Shown: positions 1-8,867 of the stretch, in pieces
Position numbering within the stretch: the stretch's first letter is position 1
How the letters are laid out: each line of letters starts with the position of its first letter
From: Polyangiales bacterium
GTDB taxonomy: Bacteria > Myxococcota_A > Polyangia > Polyangiales > Polyangiaceae
NCBI GenBank assembly: GCA_038230375.1
Contig: JBBRNJ010000079.1
Coordinates: forward strand, 1 to 39,878
Length of the DNA stretch: 39,878 bases
Direction: 5' to 3'
Notes under the pieces: model-generated
What the model was told of the DNA's origin: nothing
Seen by the model: the letters and a program-made list of their open reading frames with translations, nothing else
The model's database searches: none
Translations under genes and position numbers: made by a program

Positions 1-136
1 CGTCACTGGCCGCCACGCATGGCGTCACTGGCCGCCACGCATGGCGTCACTGGCCGCCACGCATGGCGTCACTGGCCGCCACGCATGGCGTCACTGGCCG
101 CCACGCATGGCGTCACTGGCCGCCACGCATGGCGTC
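1..136. repeat. 22-bp perfect tandem repeat (CGTCACTGGCCGCCACGCATGG) x6 plus 4-nt partial; may continue left of the window
   Basis: Identical units at 1, 23, 45, 67, 89 and 111 with no spacers; ends 12 nt from the stop of the minus-strand CDS at 149. Confidence 0.97.
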
Positions 137-148
137 GCGATGGCAGAC

Positions 149-853
149 CTACTTCTTCTTCGAGCGCGGGGCCGCGCGCTTCTTCGCCTTCGTTGGCCAC
201 TTCGTGCGGTGGAGCAGCGTGCCGAATACGTCGAGCGCCGCCACGGGAACGCCGAAGATCGTCGCGAGCCCGTTTCGGACGCGGACGCGGACGCCCTTGA
301 ATGAGGGGTGCTTCGCGAACGTCTCCATGAGTGCGCGCTCGGCGCTGCTGGTCGGTGCGGCGGGCAGCTTCGACAGCGCGCGCGTGGCCGCGACCACGTC
401 CTCGATGCGCGCGTGCTTGAATGCCACGGAGTCACCGCCAGCGAGCGGGATGCGCAGCTTGTTGAACGCGATGGGCAGCGGAGGGTGTTTTGGTTCGAAG
501 CCGAGCTTGGCTTCGATGAACGAGAGCCCCGCGTCGAGCTTGGTGACGCCGTACGTCTCCTCTTCGGTGGGCGAGGCGAGCTTCGCGACGCGGATGTAGC
601 GCGACGCATTCCGTGCGTTTTCACCGAGCGCGCGCTGGAAGTAGTCAGCGGCGTTCTTGTACCCGCCCAGCTCGTACAGCGGCGGCTCGTGCTCGACGAT
701 CACACCAACCGCTTCCCACAGGACGTCCCAGTCCACAGCGCCTGCGTGCCGCGCGCGATCGACGACCTTGGAGAGGGAGTCCCACTTCTTCTTGAGCCCC
801 GCATCAACCTTGACGACCGCGAGAGCAGGGGACTTCGTTGCAGACTTCTTCAT
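149..853 (-). CDS. Hypothetical basic protein, possibly DNA-binding (DUF3102-like helical core)
   Basis: ATG at 853 preceded by GGAAGGA SD-like sequence; Lys-rich termini; core GGYKNAADYFQRALG..RNASRYIRVAK..YGVTKL resembles HTH-like DUF3102-type proteins (recalled similarity). Confidence 0.7.
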   Translation of the reverse strand: MKKSATKSPALAVVKVDAGLKKKWDSLSKVVDRARHAGAVDWDVLWEAVGVIVEHEPPLYELGGYKNAADYFQRALGENARNASRYIRVAKLASPTEEETYGVTKLDAGLSFIEAKLGFEPKHPPLPIAFNKLRIPLAGGDSVAFKHARIEDVVAATRALSKLPAAPTSSAERALMETFAKHPSFKGVRVRVRNGLATIFGVPVAALDVFGTLLHRTKWPTKAKKRAAPRSKKK

Positions 854-1126
854 GGCGATTCCTTCCGAGGATGAACTTCGCACGAAGACGAATCGGCGTT
901 CAATACTGGTCGCGCAAAGTCAGACCTCTCGGGGCACCTGAGGTTTCACAACTTCCATTGGCGTTCGGTTGTACGGGCACGGCCTTACGGGCATCCAGAC
1001 CGAGGGGACGGTTGACATCGGATTCGCGTTCGCGACGTGATCATTCGGTGATCGGTCGACGGATCGGGCTTGTCTCCGTACGTCGCCTCCGGCGATCCGT
1101 TGCGCATGCTAGATTCTTCAGGCCCC

Positions 1127-1669
1127 ATGCTTCTATCGTTTCGTCCTCATGCACCGCCCGCTGCGCCGCCGCCGGACGACGCAGGCCTCGTCGCTGGCAG
1201 CATGATCTTCGCGGTCGGCCTGTTCTTGTTCGCTGTCCTTGTCGTGTTCGTCATCGCCTTTCTGGTCGCGCGCTACGAGAAGAACATCACCGGCGGCCTG
1301 TACTTCTGGCAGCGATCGGCCCTTGCCAGAAATGGCCGACAGGGTTCCGCCGTGGTGCTGGACGCGCTGGAGATCTCCTGGTCGGGTTCTGGTCGGTTGA
1401 TCTTGCGGCTGATGGACCTGGCCCTCGAGGTCCAGGCCCCAGGCATGGCTCCGTGGCGAACCTCGCTACGCTACAAGCTCACCTTCTCAGACCAGATGCT
1501 CGTCGCCACCGGCAAGAACGTTCCAGTCAGATTCGACCCTGCGAGCCCCTCTCGCATCATGATTGACTGGGGCCTAATCCACCAGCGCGAGAAGGCTGGC
1601 GAACAGCACCAGCACGCGGCACAAGAGGCCCGACACGCGGCCATGCTCGACCCAACCAAGCGGCCATGA
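1127..1669 (+). CDS. Single-pass membrane protein with DUF3592-like domain
   Basis: One long hydrophobic helix (MIFAVGLFLFAVLVVFVIAFLVA), then G.AVVL..LEV..PG..GKNVPVRFDPASPSRIMID. Start uncertain (1070/1106/1127). Confidence 0.65.
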   Translation: MLLSFRPHAPPAAPPPDDAGLVAGSMIFAVGLFLFAVLVVFVIAFLVARYEKNITGGLYFWQRSALARNGRQGSAVVLDALEISWSGSGRLILRLMDLALEVQAPGMAPWRTSLRYKLTFSDQMLVATGKNVPVRFDPASPSRIMIDWGLIHQREKAGEQHQHAAQEARHAAMLDPTKRP

Positions 1670-1720
1670 CGCGCACACGGGCGTGCCGCCGCGCTACATG
1701 ACATCGACTGGAAAGTGTTC

Positions 1721-2675
1721 ATGAGTACAGCCAAGCGCGAGTTCGGGGATCTCGTCGACGAGCTGCGCCACGAGCGCTGGTTCGGTGGGAGCGCGGCCGA
1801 ACAGGAGCGACTCCTCGAGCGGGTCTGTGAGCTGCTCGGTGGCGACTTCAAAGCGCAAGGTGTTGCCATCTTTGCGGGGCGATCCGTGGGACGGGTGGTG
1901 CACGTATACTCGGGTAGCGTTCTGCATCTCATCCCGGGCGGCTGCTTCGAGATGGGGTTCTCGGCGGAAGAAGAGAGCGTCCTTCGCGCGCGCTTCCCGC
2001 CACGCGTGTTCGACCTGGCCGATGGCGTGGACGAGAGCGGAGACGCGCCGTTCGTCGAGCGGTTCCTGGCCGACGTCGGTCACGTGCGTCCGCTTCGGAC
2101 CGTGAACGTCGCGCCCTTCCTCATTGGCGAGTCACCGCTCACCAGTGAGCAGCTCGCCCGTCGGCGACGATGTGCCCACGGACGACGACGTCGACGGCGC
2201 CGTGCATCCGCGACATCTTGCCGCCGTCATGGCGGCGCTTGCAAGGCACGGGCTGCGCCTGCCCGCTGAAGCCGAGTGGGAATACGCGGCGCGCGGCGGC
2301 GGCCGGACGCTGTTCCCCGATGGGGACGCGCATCACGCCATGGCCGACATCGCGACGAGCGCGCTCGGGCTCACGCTTCTTGGCTCGTACGCGGAGGTCT
2401 GCGCGGACGCCTGGCACGAGGACTATTCCGGGGCGCCGAGCGACGCACGGCCCTGGCTGGGCGATGGACCGCACGTGTCGCGTGGCGGCGCGGAGAATCT
2501 GTTCCCGTGGCAGGCATGCGGCGAATGGCTCTCGATGCTGAGCGCAGAGCGTGAGCCCGTCGACGACGAGAGCTTCTTTGCCAGCTTCCGGGTCGCGCGA
2601 AGCTTGTTTCCGGACGACGTGGCCTACGCAGCTTCCGCCAGCGAAGCGCGTACAACCCTCCCGCCGCCGCCCTAG
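1721..2675 (+). pseudogene. Formylglycine-generating-enzyme (FGE/SUMF1) domain gene split by a frameshift near 2156-2160
   Basis: Frame of 1715..2269 has IPGGCFEMG and TVNVAPFLIGESPLT; frame of 2124..2675 continues with RLPAEAEWEYAARGG, EVCADAW, VSRGG, SFRVAR. Removing one C in ctcgcccgtcggc joins them. Confidence 0.8.
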
Positions 2676-4060
2676 TCGTCTTCTCCCTCTGCTTCGTCGC
2701 CCTTGCCCCTGAGGCCCAGGGCGCGCGCCTTCTTGTAGAGGTGGCTCCGCTCCAGATCCAGCGCGCGCGCGGTCTTTGCCATCTGGCCGCCGTGGAAGGC
2801 CAGCGCCTCTTGCAGGATCGCTCGCTCTGCTTCTTCGACCAGCACGCGGAAGGGTGAGCCTGGGCGATACAGACCATTCGCCTTGGGTGCGCCTCCTCCT
2901 GGTAGCGCGCTCGACACGTCCGCTTCGTCGATCACATCGTCTGGCGTGAGGATGACCAGCCGCTCCACCAGGTTGCGCAGCTCGCGCACGTTGCCCGGGA
3001 AGCTGTACTGGCTCAGCATCGCCAGCGCCGGCTCCGCGAACTTGATGTGCGGGCGGTCGTTGTTCTTCGATGCGATGGAGAGAAAATGCGTGGCCAGCTC
3101 GCGGATGTCTTCGCGTCGCGCGCGCAGCGGCGGGATCGCAAGCGGCACCACGTTCAGGCGATCGTAGAGGTCCGCGCGGAACGCGTCCTTCTCGGTCGCG
3201 GCGACCAGATCGCGGTTCGTCGCGGCGACCACGCGCGTGTCCACCTTGATGGTCTCGTTGCCGCCCACGCGCTCGATCTCGCGCTCCTGCAGCACGCGCA
3301 GGAGCTTCGCCTGCATCGCCAGCGGCATGTCGCCCACCTCGTCCAGGAACAGCGTGCCGCCGCTCGCGCGCTCGAACTTTCCGCGCCGCTGCTTCGTTGC
3401 GCCCGTGAACGCGCCGGCCTCGTGACCAAAGAGCTCGCTCTCGATCAGCTCGCTCGGCAGCGCCGCGCAGTTCAGCTTCTCGAGCGGCCCCTTCGCGCGC
3501 GGTGACAGCGTGTGGATCGCCCGCGCCACGAGCTCCTTGCCGGTGCCGCGCTCGCCCGTGATGAGGACGCTCGCGTTGCTCTTCGCTGCGCGCGTGATCT
3601 GCTCGAGCAGGTGCTTGATGGCGGGGCTCTGGCCCACGAGCTCCGCGCCCGCGCCGCTCGCTGCGCGCAGATCGCGCGCCTCGGACTCCGCGCGCAACAA
3701 GCGCAGCGCCGTCTCCACGGTGATGAGGAGCGCGTCCGTGTTGATCGGCTTCTCCATGAAGTTCAGCGCGCCGAGCCGCGTGGCCTGCACCGCCGTGTCG
3801 ATGGTCGCGTGGCCGCTCATCATGATCACGGGCATGTCGAGCTTCGCCTCGCGCACCTTCGCGAGCAGCTGGATGCCGTCGCCGTCGGGAAGCTGCACGT
3901 CGAAGAGGCAGAGATCGAAAGAGCGCTTCTTCAGCTTCTCCTCCGCGATCTTCACGCCGCCCGCGACCTCCACGCCGTAGCCCTCCAGGCTCAGTGCCTT
4001 CTGCAGCGTGGTGAGGATTCCGGGTTCGTCGTCGACGATGAGGATGTGGGCGCGCGCCAT
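2672..4060 (-). CDS. Sigma-54-dependent response regulator (NtrC/NtrX family: REC-AAA+-Fis HTH)
   Basis: ILIVDDE..FDVQLP receiver; Walker [24 protein letters not shown]; Walker [17 protein letters not shown]-terminal HTH. Confidence 0.97.
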   Translation of the reverse strand: MARAHILIVDDEPGILTTLQKALSLEGYGVEVAGGVKIAEEKLKKRSFDLCLFDVQLPDGDGIQLLAKVREAKLDMPVIMMSGHATIDTAVQATRLGALNFMEKPINTDALLITVETALRLLRAESEARDLRAASGAGAELVGQSPAIKHLLEQITRAAKSNASVLITGERGTGKELVARAIHTLSPRAKGPLEKLNCAALPSELIESELFGHEAGAFTGATKQRRGKFERASGGTLFLDEVGDMPLAMQAKLLRVLQEREIERVGGNETIKVDTRVVAATNRDLVAATEKDAFRADLYDRLNVVPLAIPPLRARREDIRELATHFLSIASKNNDRPHIKFAEPALAMLSQYSFPGNVRELRNLVERLVILTPDDVIDEADVSSALPGGGAPKANGLYRPGSPFRVLVEEAERAILQEALAFHGGQMAKTARALDLERSHLYKKARALGLRGKGDEAEGEDD

Positions 4061-4067
4061 GACGACG

Positions 4068-4076
4068 AGCCTAGCA
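4068..4076 (-). promoter_or_regulatory. Putative extended -10 box (TGcTAGGCT) 7 nt before the ATG of the sigma-54 regulator
   Basis: Minus strand reads TGCTAGGCT-cgtcgtc-ATG; no SD. Confidence 0.5.
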
Positions 4077-4106
4077 TCAGCGCCGATTCAGGTATGCTCG
4101 GGCCTC

Positions 4107-4835
4107 ATGGTTCGTCCCGCCACCGCGCTCTTCCTCGTTGCCACGTCGTTGATGGCGGCGAGCGCGTGCACGACCGATCCTCCGGTCATGACTCCTGCGA
4201 CGATCGCGACCGTCGCACCGCCACCTGCGGGCGGGCGGCCGCTCGCTGTGTCTCCGGGCGCTCCCACGCCGGAGCTCGCGGCTGTCACCGGCACCGGCCC
4301 AGCCACCCTTGTCGAGACGAGCGGCGACGTCCCCATCTATTCGGACGATCCGCACTGGGGAGATCGCACGTCACCTGCGCTCGTGGTGTTCGTGGATCTC
4401 CAGTGCCCGCATTGCGCGGTGTTCCACAAGATGCTCGTCGACGCCGCGCGACCCCGTTCCGTGCGCGTCGTGTGGAAGCACTTCCCCCTGCGCTCGCATC
4501 CGGCAGCGCGCCCAGCAGCGGAGGCCGCGCAAGGTGTCTTCATGATGGCCGGTGGCGATGCCTTCACCCGCTTCGTCGAGCGGGTCTTCGAGGCGAACAG
4601 CAAAGGAAAAGGACTGACGCCCGACGACTTCGCGCGCTGGGCCGGCGAAGCGGGCGTGCGAGACCTCTCCGACTACCGCACTGGCCTCACGGACGGCCGC
4701 TGGGCCAGCACCGTCGACCGCGACCTTGCGCTGACGGAGAAGCTGCACCTGGAAGGCACACCCACCCTTTTCATCGACGGCACCCTCTTCAACGGAAGCG
4801 ACGATCTCGCGACGGCGATCACCCGTCGGCCCTAG
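4107..4835 (+). CDS. DsbA-family thioredoxin-fold lipoprotein
   Basis: Signal ending ASAC; FVDLQCPHC active site; WKHFPL..HP.A..AA; GTPTLF cis-Pro loop. TATGCT 8 nt before ATG 4107. Confidence 0.88.
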   Translation: MVRPATALFLVATSLMAASACTTDPPVMTPATIATVAPPPAGGRPLAVSPGAPTPELAAVTGTGPATLVETSGDVPIYSDDPHWGDRTSPALVVFVDLQCPHCAVFHKMLVDAARPRSVRVVWKHFPLRSHPAARPAAEAAQGVFMMAGGDAFTRFVERVFEANSKGKGLTPDDFARWAGEAGVRDLSDYRTGLTDGRWASTVDRDLALTEKLHLEGTPTLFIDGTLFNGSDDLATAITRRP

Positions 4836-4909
4836 CGCGAGTCGTTCGGGGGGACACCCAGCGTGGTGTTTTTTGAGTATGCTGCGGGGACAACGAAGGG
4901 GAGTCGCGC

Positions 4910-5656
4910 ATGCAGTGTCCGAAGTGTGGTGGTGGGTTCGAGATGGCAGGCGGCGGTCAGCACGCGCGCTGCATGCGGTGCCTCACGCTGTTCACGATGG
5001 GTCCGCAAGGACCCACCCAGGTCCAGGTCCAGGCCCCCGGCGGCGGACAGAACCAGGAGTTCGAGAACATGATGGCGCAGAACCTCGGGTTCGGCCCTCC
5101 CCCCGCTGGCGCCGGCAAGCACAACATCCCCGACATGCGCGTGGGCGACATGAACGTGCGCGTGAAGATCAACGGCATGACGCCGGAGAACTACGCGAAG
5201 GACAAGGTCAGCTCCATGATCTGGGGCTGGGTCATCGGCGCCATCATCATCGGGGTGCTCGTCATCGGCGGCGGCATCTTCGGCGTGTACATCTACTACT
5301 CGGCGAAGCACAGCAGCGATCCGGTCGCGCCGAAGCCCGCAGAGGCCGCCACGTGGGACGGCAAGTCCACGTACACGTGCGACGGCAACGAGAACGTCAG
5401 CTTGAAGGGCGTGAAGGCCACAGCCGGCGTGGTCGTGGGTGGCAACTGTCACCTCACGCTCGACAACTGCAACATCACTGCGCCCATCGGCATCAGCAGC
5501 GACGGCAACGCGCGCGTCACAGTGACCGGCGGCAGCGTGACCGGCAGCACCAACTCCATCAAGGCGGACGGCCTCTCCCAGATCACCGTGACCGGCGCCA
5601 CGATCAAGGGCAAGGTCGCCAAGGATGGGCTCGCCAAGGTCATCGGCGTGCCGTAG
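4910..5656 (+). CDS. Zinc-ribbon + TM + beta-helix-like extracytoplasmic protein
   Basis: CPKC..CMRC N-terminus; TM WGWVIGAIIIGVLVIGGGIFGVYIYY; Gly/Thr/Val-rich repeats (GNCHLTL, GNARVTV, GLSQITV); SD-like AAGGGGAG; TATGCT at 4878. Confidence 0.8.
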   Translation: MQCPKCGGGFEMAGGGQHARCMRCLTLFTMGPQGPTQVQVQAPGGGQNQEFENMMAQNLGFGPPPAGAGKHNIPDMRVGDMNVRVKINGMTPENYAKDKVSSMIWGWVIGAIIIGVLVIGGGIFGVYIYYSAKHSSDPVAPKPAEAATWDGKSTYTCDGNENVSLKGVKATAGVVVGGNCHLTLDNCNITAPIGISSDGNARVTVTGGSVTGSTNSIKADGLSQITVTGATIKGKVAKDGLAKVIGVP

Positions 5657-5700
5657 CTGCAGCTTCCTCCAACCCCTCAGAGGGTGTAGCCTTTTCTCCG

Positions 5701-7935
5701 ATGAGGCGGATGTTTGCGGCTGCGTTCTTTCTCGTGCTGACCGCCTGCGGTGGCTCGGCTGTGAAGGTCGGCAAGCCGGTGTTCCAGCCCGAACGCGGCA
5801 CGGAGGCTCACGCCACCGTCTCCGATGACCAGTTCGCGCGCGCCGTGAAGGATCTGCTCGCCGCCGACCCCGGCACCGCGGACCGCCAGACCCGCCTCAC
5901 GCGCGTGTGCGAGAAGCAGATGTCCCGCGCACGCGCGCGCTTCCCGGAGAGCCCCGATCGCGGCCTCTCCGCCCTGTCCGGCGCCGTCGCGCTGGTGCAC
6001 CACGGGGAGCTCGACGAGAAGATGATCGGCTCCGACGGCGTGTACGCGCTCGATAGCGCCGCCCGTGAGCTCTCGCGGCGCGGCGACGAGTCCCGCGCCC
6101 GCGCCATCTACGAGATCCTCGCGCGCGTCGCACCCGAGAGCCGGCGCCCCGAGCTCCGCACGCACATCAGCGCGATCGAGAGCTGGGAGCGCGACACCGG
6201 TCAGCCGCTCGGCGCAGGCCCGCTCATGCGTGCATCGGCCGCGTCCGCATTCGCCGTTCGCCGCGCCGTGACCGAGCCCAGTCGCGAGGCGCAGGAAGAC
6301 GCCGTCGCGCGCACCGCCGTGTGGGTGAAGCTCTCGGTCGACGTGCGCGACGCATACCGCGCCCGCAAGGGCACGCCGGATCGTGACGAGCTGCGTGAGG
6401 CCGTGCGCGGCCTTGCCATCGGCGGTACCACGCTTGCTCTCGTGCACCTGCGCGACGGCGACGCCGTCAACGCGGTCGTCGCGGTGGATCGCGCACACGC
6501 GCGTGAGCTGCTCCCCAAGGAGTTCGGCGGCGCACTGGAGCGCTCCGCCAACGAGCCCACGCCCACGCACTTCCTCGAGCTCACGCGCTCGCTCCGCAAC
6601 CTGGTGCGCGAGGACGACACGAACGGAGAAGAGCACGAAGAGCGCGAGGCCATTCCGGACCTCGAGCTCCTCCGCGCCGCCACGCTCGGCGCCGCATTCG
6701 AGGCCTATCGCCTGGACTCCACCGAGCCCGAGGCCGCGCTCGCCGTGGCCGTCACCCTCCTGGAGCTGGGCATGGCAGAGGCCGCGCCGCTGGTCCTGTC
6801 CGATTCCATCCGCGCGCACGAGGACCCGCGGCTGCTCTCCGCCGCGCTTGCCGTCACCTTGCGCGCCATGAGCGAGGAGGTCGCCGCGGACGATCTTTCG
6901 GCCGCACGCCGCGCGTTCAACGCTGCGCAGATCGTCCTTTCGTCTACTGACAAGCCGGAGCTCGCGGGAAAGCTGTCACCCACGCCCTCGCGCGTGTTCG
7001 CGCTCATGGGTGAGGTCGAGCTCCGTGAAGGCAACGTGGCTGCGGCCAAGATCATGCTTTCGCGCGCGTCCGCGCACGAGAAGAGCGGCCTCGTGTTGTT
7101 GCAGCTTGCACGCATCGATCGCTGGGAGCAGCACGCAGACGCCGCCGCGCAGAAGGCGAAGGCCGCGCTCTCCACCGACGACGCCCAGAAGGACGCCGCG
7201 CTCCGCGGTGAGACCTGGCTCTTCCTGTCCGACCTCTCGCGCGACGCTGGCGAGGTCGAGAAGGCACGCAGCCACCTGTCCACCGCCGTCTCCGAGCTCA
7301 CCCGCGCACGCGGCGCCGCCGAGCCGGACGAACGCGCACGCATCGAGCGCACGCTGGCCCGCGTGCTGGATCGTTTCGGCGCTGAGAAGAACGCGGGCAG
7401 GGCGCTGGAGCGCGCACTGGACGCTGCGCCGCGCGATCGCAGGCAGGCCGCGGCGACGATCGGGCAGCTCGTGTCGCGCGCATTCCTTCGTCAGGATCTC
7501 AAGGGGGCGCGCGAAGGGCTCGGTCGCGGGCTCGCGCTCGACATCGAGCCCGACGGCCTGGTGTACGAGGCCGTGTGGGTCCGCCTGCTCGAGCGTCAGC
7601 AGAAGGTCACCCCGGTGGATCCGGCCGCGGAGCGCATCCTCGTGATCGCCGCGAAGACGGACCAGCGCTGGGTCGGAAAGATCGCAAGCTTCGGCCTGGG
7701 CACGCTCTCCGCGGACGATCTGCGCGCCGCAGCCCGGACGCCCGCGCAGCAGACCGAGGCGCTCTTCTACGCTGCCGTCTCGCAGCGCAGCCAGGGCGAC
7801 GCGCGCGCGAACGACACGCTGAAACAGGTGATTGCTGGCGGCGGGCTCGACCTGGTCGAGGTGAGCCTTGCGCGCGACATGCTGGCGGGGCCGCACGCCA
7901 CCCTGGGTGGTCCGGTGCCGGACGGAGTGCCGTAG
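5701..7935 (+). CDS. Large alpha-helical (TPR-like) lipoprotein
   Basis: MRRMFAAAFFLVLTAC lipobox; Ala/Leu/Arg-rich helical repeats (ALMGEVELREGNVAAA, EALFYAA). The 4873 start in the ORF track overlaps the real 4910-5656 gene. Confidence 0.78.
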   Translation: MRRMFAAAFFLVLTACGGSAVKVGKPVFQPERGTEAHATVSDDQFARAVKDLLAADPGTADRQTRLTRVCEKQMSRARARFPESPDRGLSALSGAVALVHHGELDEKMIGSDGVYALDSAARELSRRGDESRARAIYEILARVAPESRRPELRTHISAIESWERDTGQPLGAGPLMRASAASAFAVRRAVTEPSREAQEDAVARTAVWVKLSVDVRDAYRARKGTPDRDELREAVRGLAIGGTTLALVHLRDGDAVNAVVAVDRAHARELLPKEFGGALERSANEPTPTHFLELTRSLRNLVREDDTNGEEHEEREAIPDLELLRAATLGAAFEAYRLDSTEPEAALAVAVTLLELGMAEAAPLVLSDSIRAHEDPRLLSAALAVTLRAMSEEVAADDLSAARRAFNAAQIVLSSTDKPELAGKLSPTPSRVFALMGEVELREGNVAAAKIMLSRASAHEKSGLVLLQLARIDRWEQHADAAAQKAKAALSTDDAQKDAALRGETWLFLSDLSRDAGEVEKARSHLSTAVSELTRARGAAEPDERARIERTLARVLDRFGAEKNAGRALERALDAAPRDRRQAAATIGQLVSRAFLRQDLKGAREGLGRGLALDIEPDGLVYEAVWVRLLERQQKVTPVDPAAERILVIAAKTDQRWVGKIASFGLGTLSADDLRAAARTPAQQTEALFYAAVSQRSQGDARANDTLKQVIAGGGLDLVEVSLARDMLAGPHATLGGPVPDGVP

Positions 7936-7955
7936 GTTTTGGTGGACGCGGGCTC

Positions 7956-8867
7956 ATGACGAAGGAGATTCATCGCACCCTCGACTGGGGCCAGCTCGCG
8001 CCGCTCCGGCTCCGCGCCAAGATGGTTGCCGAGGGCGTCTACGCCGGTGCGCACCGCAGCGCGCGCAAGGGCGCAGGCGTGGAGTTCGGCGGTCACCGTG
8101 AGTACACGCCCGGCGACGATCTGCGCTGGCTCGATCGCCGCTCCATGATGCTCCACGATCGGCTGCTCATCCGACAGTTCGAGACCGAGACCGATCGCGC
8201 GCTCCGCGTAGTGGTCGACGCCACCGCATCCATGGGCTATCGCGGCACGCGCGGAAAAGCGGCGAAGCTCGCATGGGCCGCGCTGATCGCCGCCGCGCTC
8301 GCGAAGGTCGCCACCTCCAGCGGCGACCCCATCGGCCTCACGTTCATCGGCGGCGGCAAGACCGCGCGACCCGTGCCGGTGGGCAGCGGACGCGAGGCGT
8401 TCGAGCGCGTCGCATCCTCCCTGGAGCAGATCGACGCCGTCGGCGATCCCAAGCTCGATCCCGATCTCGTGGAGCGCGCGCTCGGCGGCATCGTCCGCGC
8501 CGCGCGCCGTGGGTCCATTGTCGTCGTCCTGTCGGACCTGTGCGATCTCCCATCCCGCGCCCTGGACGCGCTCGCCGCCGTGTCGTCGCGCGGACGCGTG
8601 CTGGTCGTCGGTGAGGTGCTGGACCCCGACGAGCTTGATTTTCCCTTCGACGAGGCCGTACGACTGAAGGCCATGGAAGGTGAGCTGGTCGTGGAGACGG
8701 ACGGACAGGTGCGCGAGCGCTATCTGGCTGCGCTCGCCGAGCACCGCGACAAATGGAAGCGAGCGATCACCTCGCGCGGGGCAGAGGTCGTCACGCTCCG
8801 CACCGACGGCGATCTGAGCCACAGCGTGCGCGAGATCATCGACCGCGCTTCCAGGGTGCGCGCGTGA
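7956..8867 (+). CDS. DUF58 protein (MoxR-associated, VWA-like)
   Basis: G.HRS..KGAGVEFGGHREYTPGDDLRWLD, IRQFETE, VVDATASMGY, VVLSD. Confidence 0.93.
   Translation: MTKEIHRTLDWGQLAPLRLRAKMVAEGVYAGAHRSARKGAGVEFGGHREYTPGDDLRWLDRRSMMLHDRLLIRQFETETDRALRVVVDATASMGYRGTRGKAAKLAWAALIAAALAKVATSSGDPIGLTFIGGGKTARPVPVGSGREAFERVASSLEQIDAVGDPKLDPDLVERALGGIVRAARRGSIVVVLSDLCDLPSRALDALAAVSSRGRVLVVGEVLDPDELDFPFDEAVRLKAMEGELVVETDGQVRERYLAALAEHRDKWKRAITSRGAEVVTLRTDGDLSHSVREIIDRASRVRA

Noticed and set aside
1..136. Possible CRISPR array
   Set aside because: Units are contiguous with no unique spacers; no cas genes in the window.
19..599. Plus-strand ORFs beginning MASLAATHG
   Set aside because: Translations of the 22-bp repeat running antisense to the 149-853 gene.
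1721..2675. FGE-fold gene as a diversity-generating retroelement target
   Set aside because: No reverse transcriptase and no template repeat of its 3' end seen in the window.
4873..5700. N-terminal 276 aa of the 1020-aa ORF
   Set aside because: Arg/His-rich off-frame reading of the 4910-5656 gene; a clean lipoprotein signal starts at 5701.
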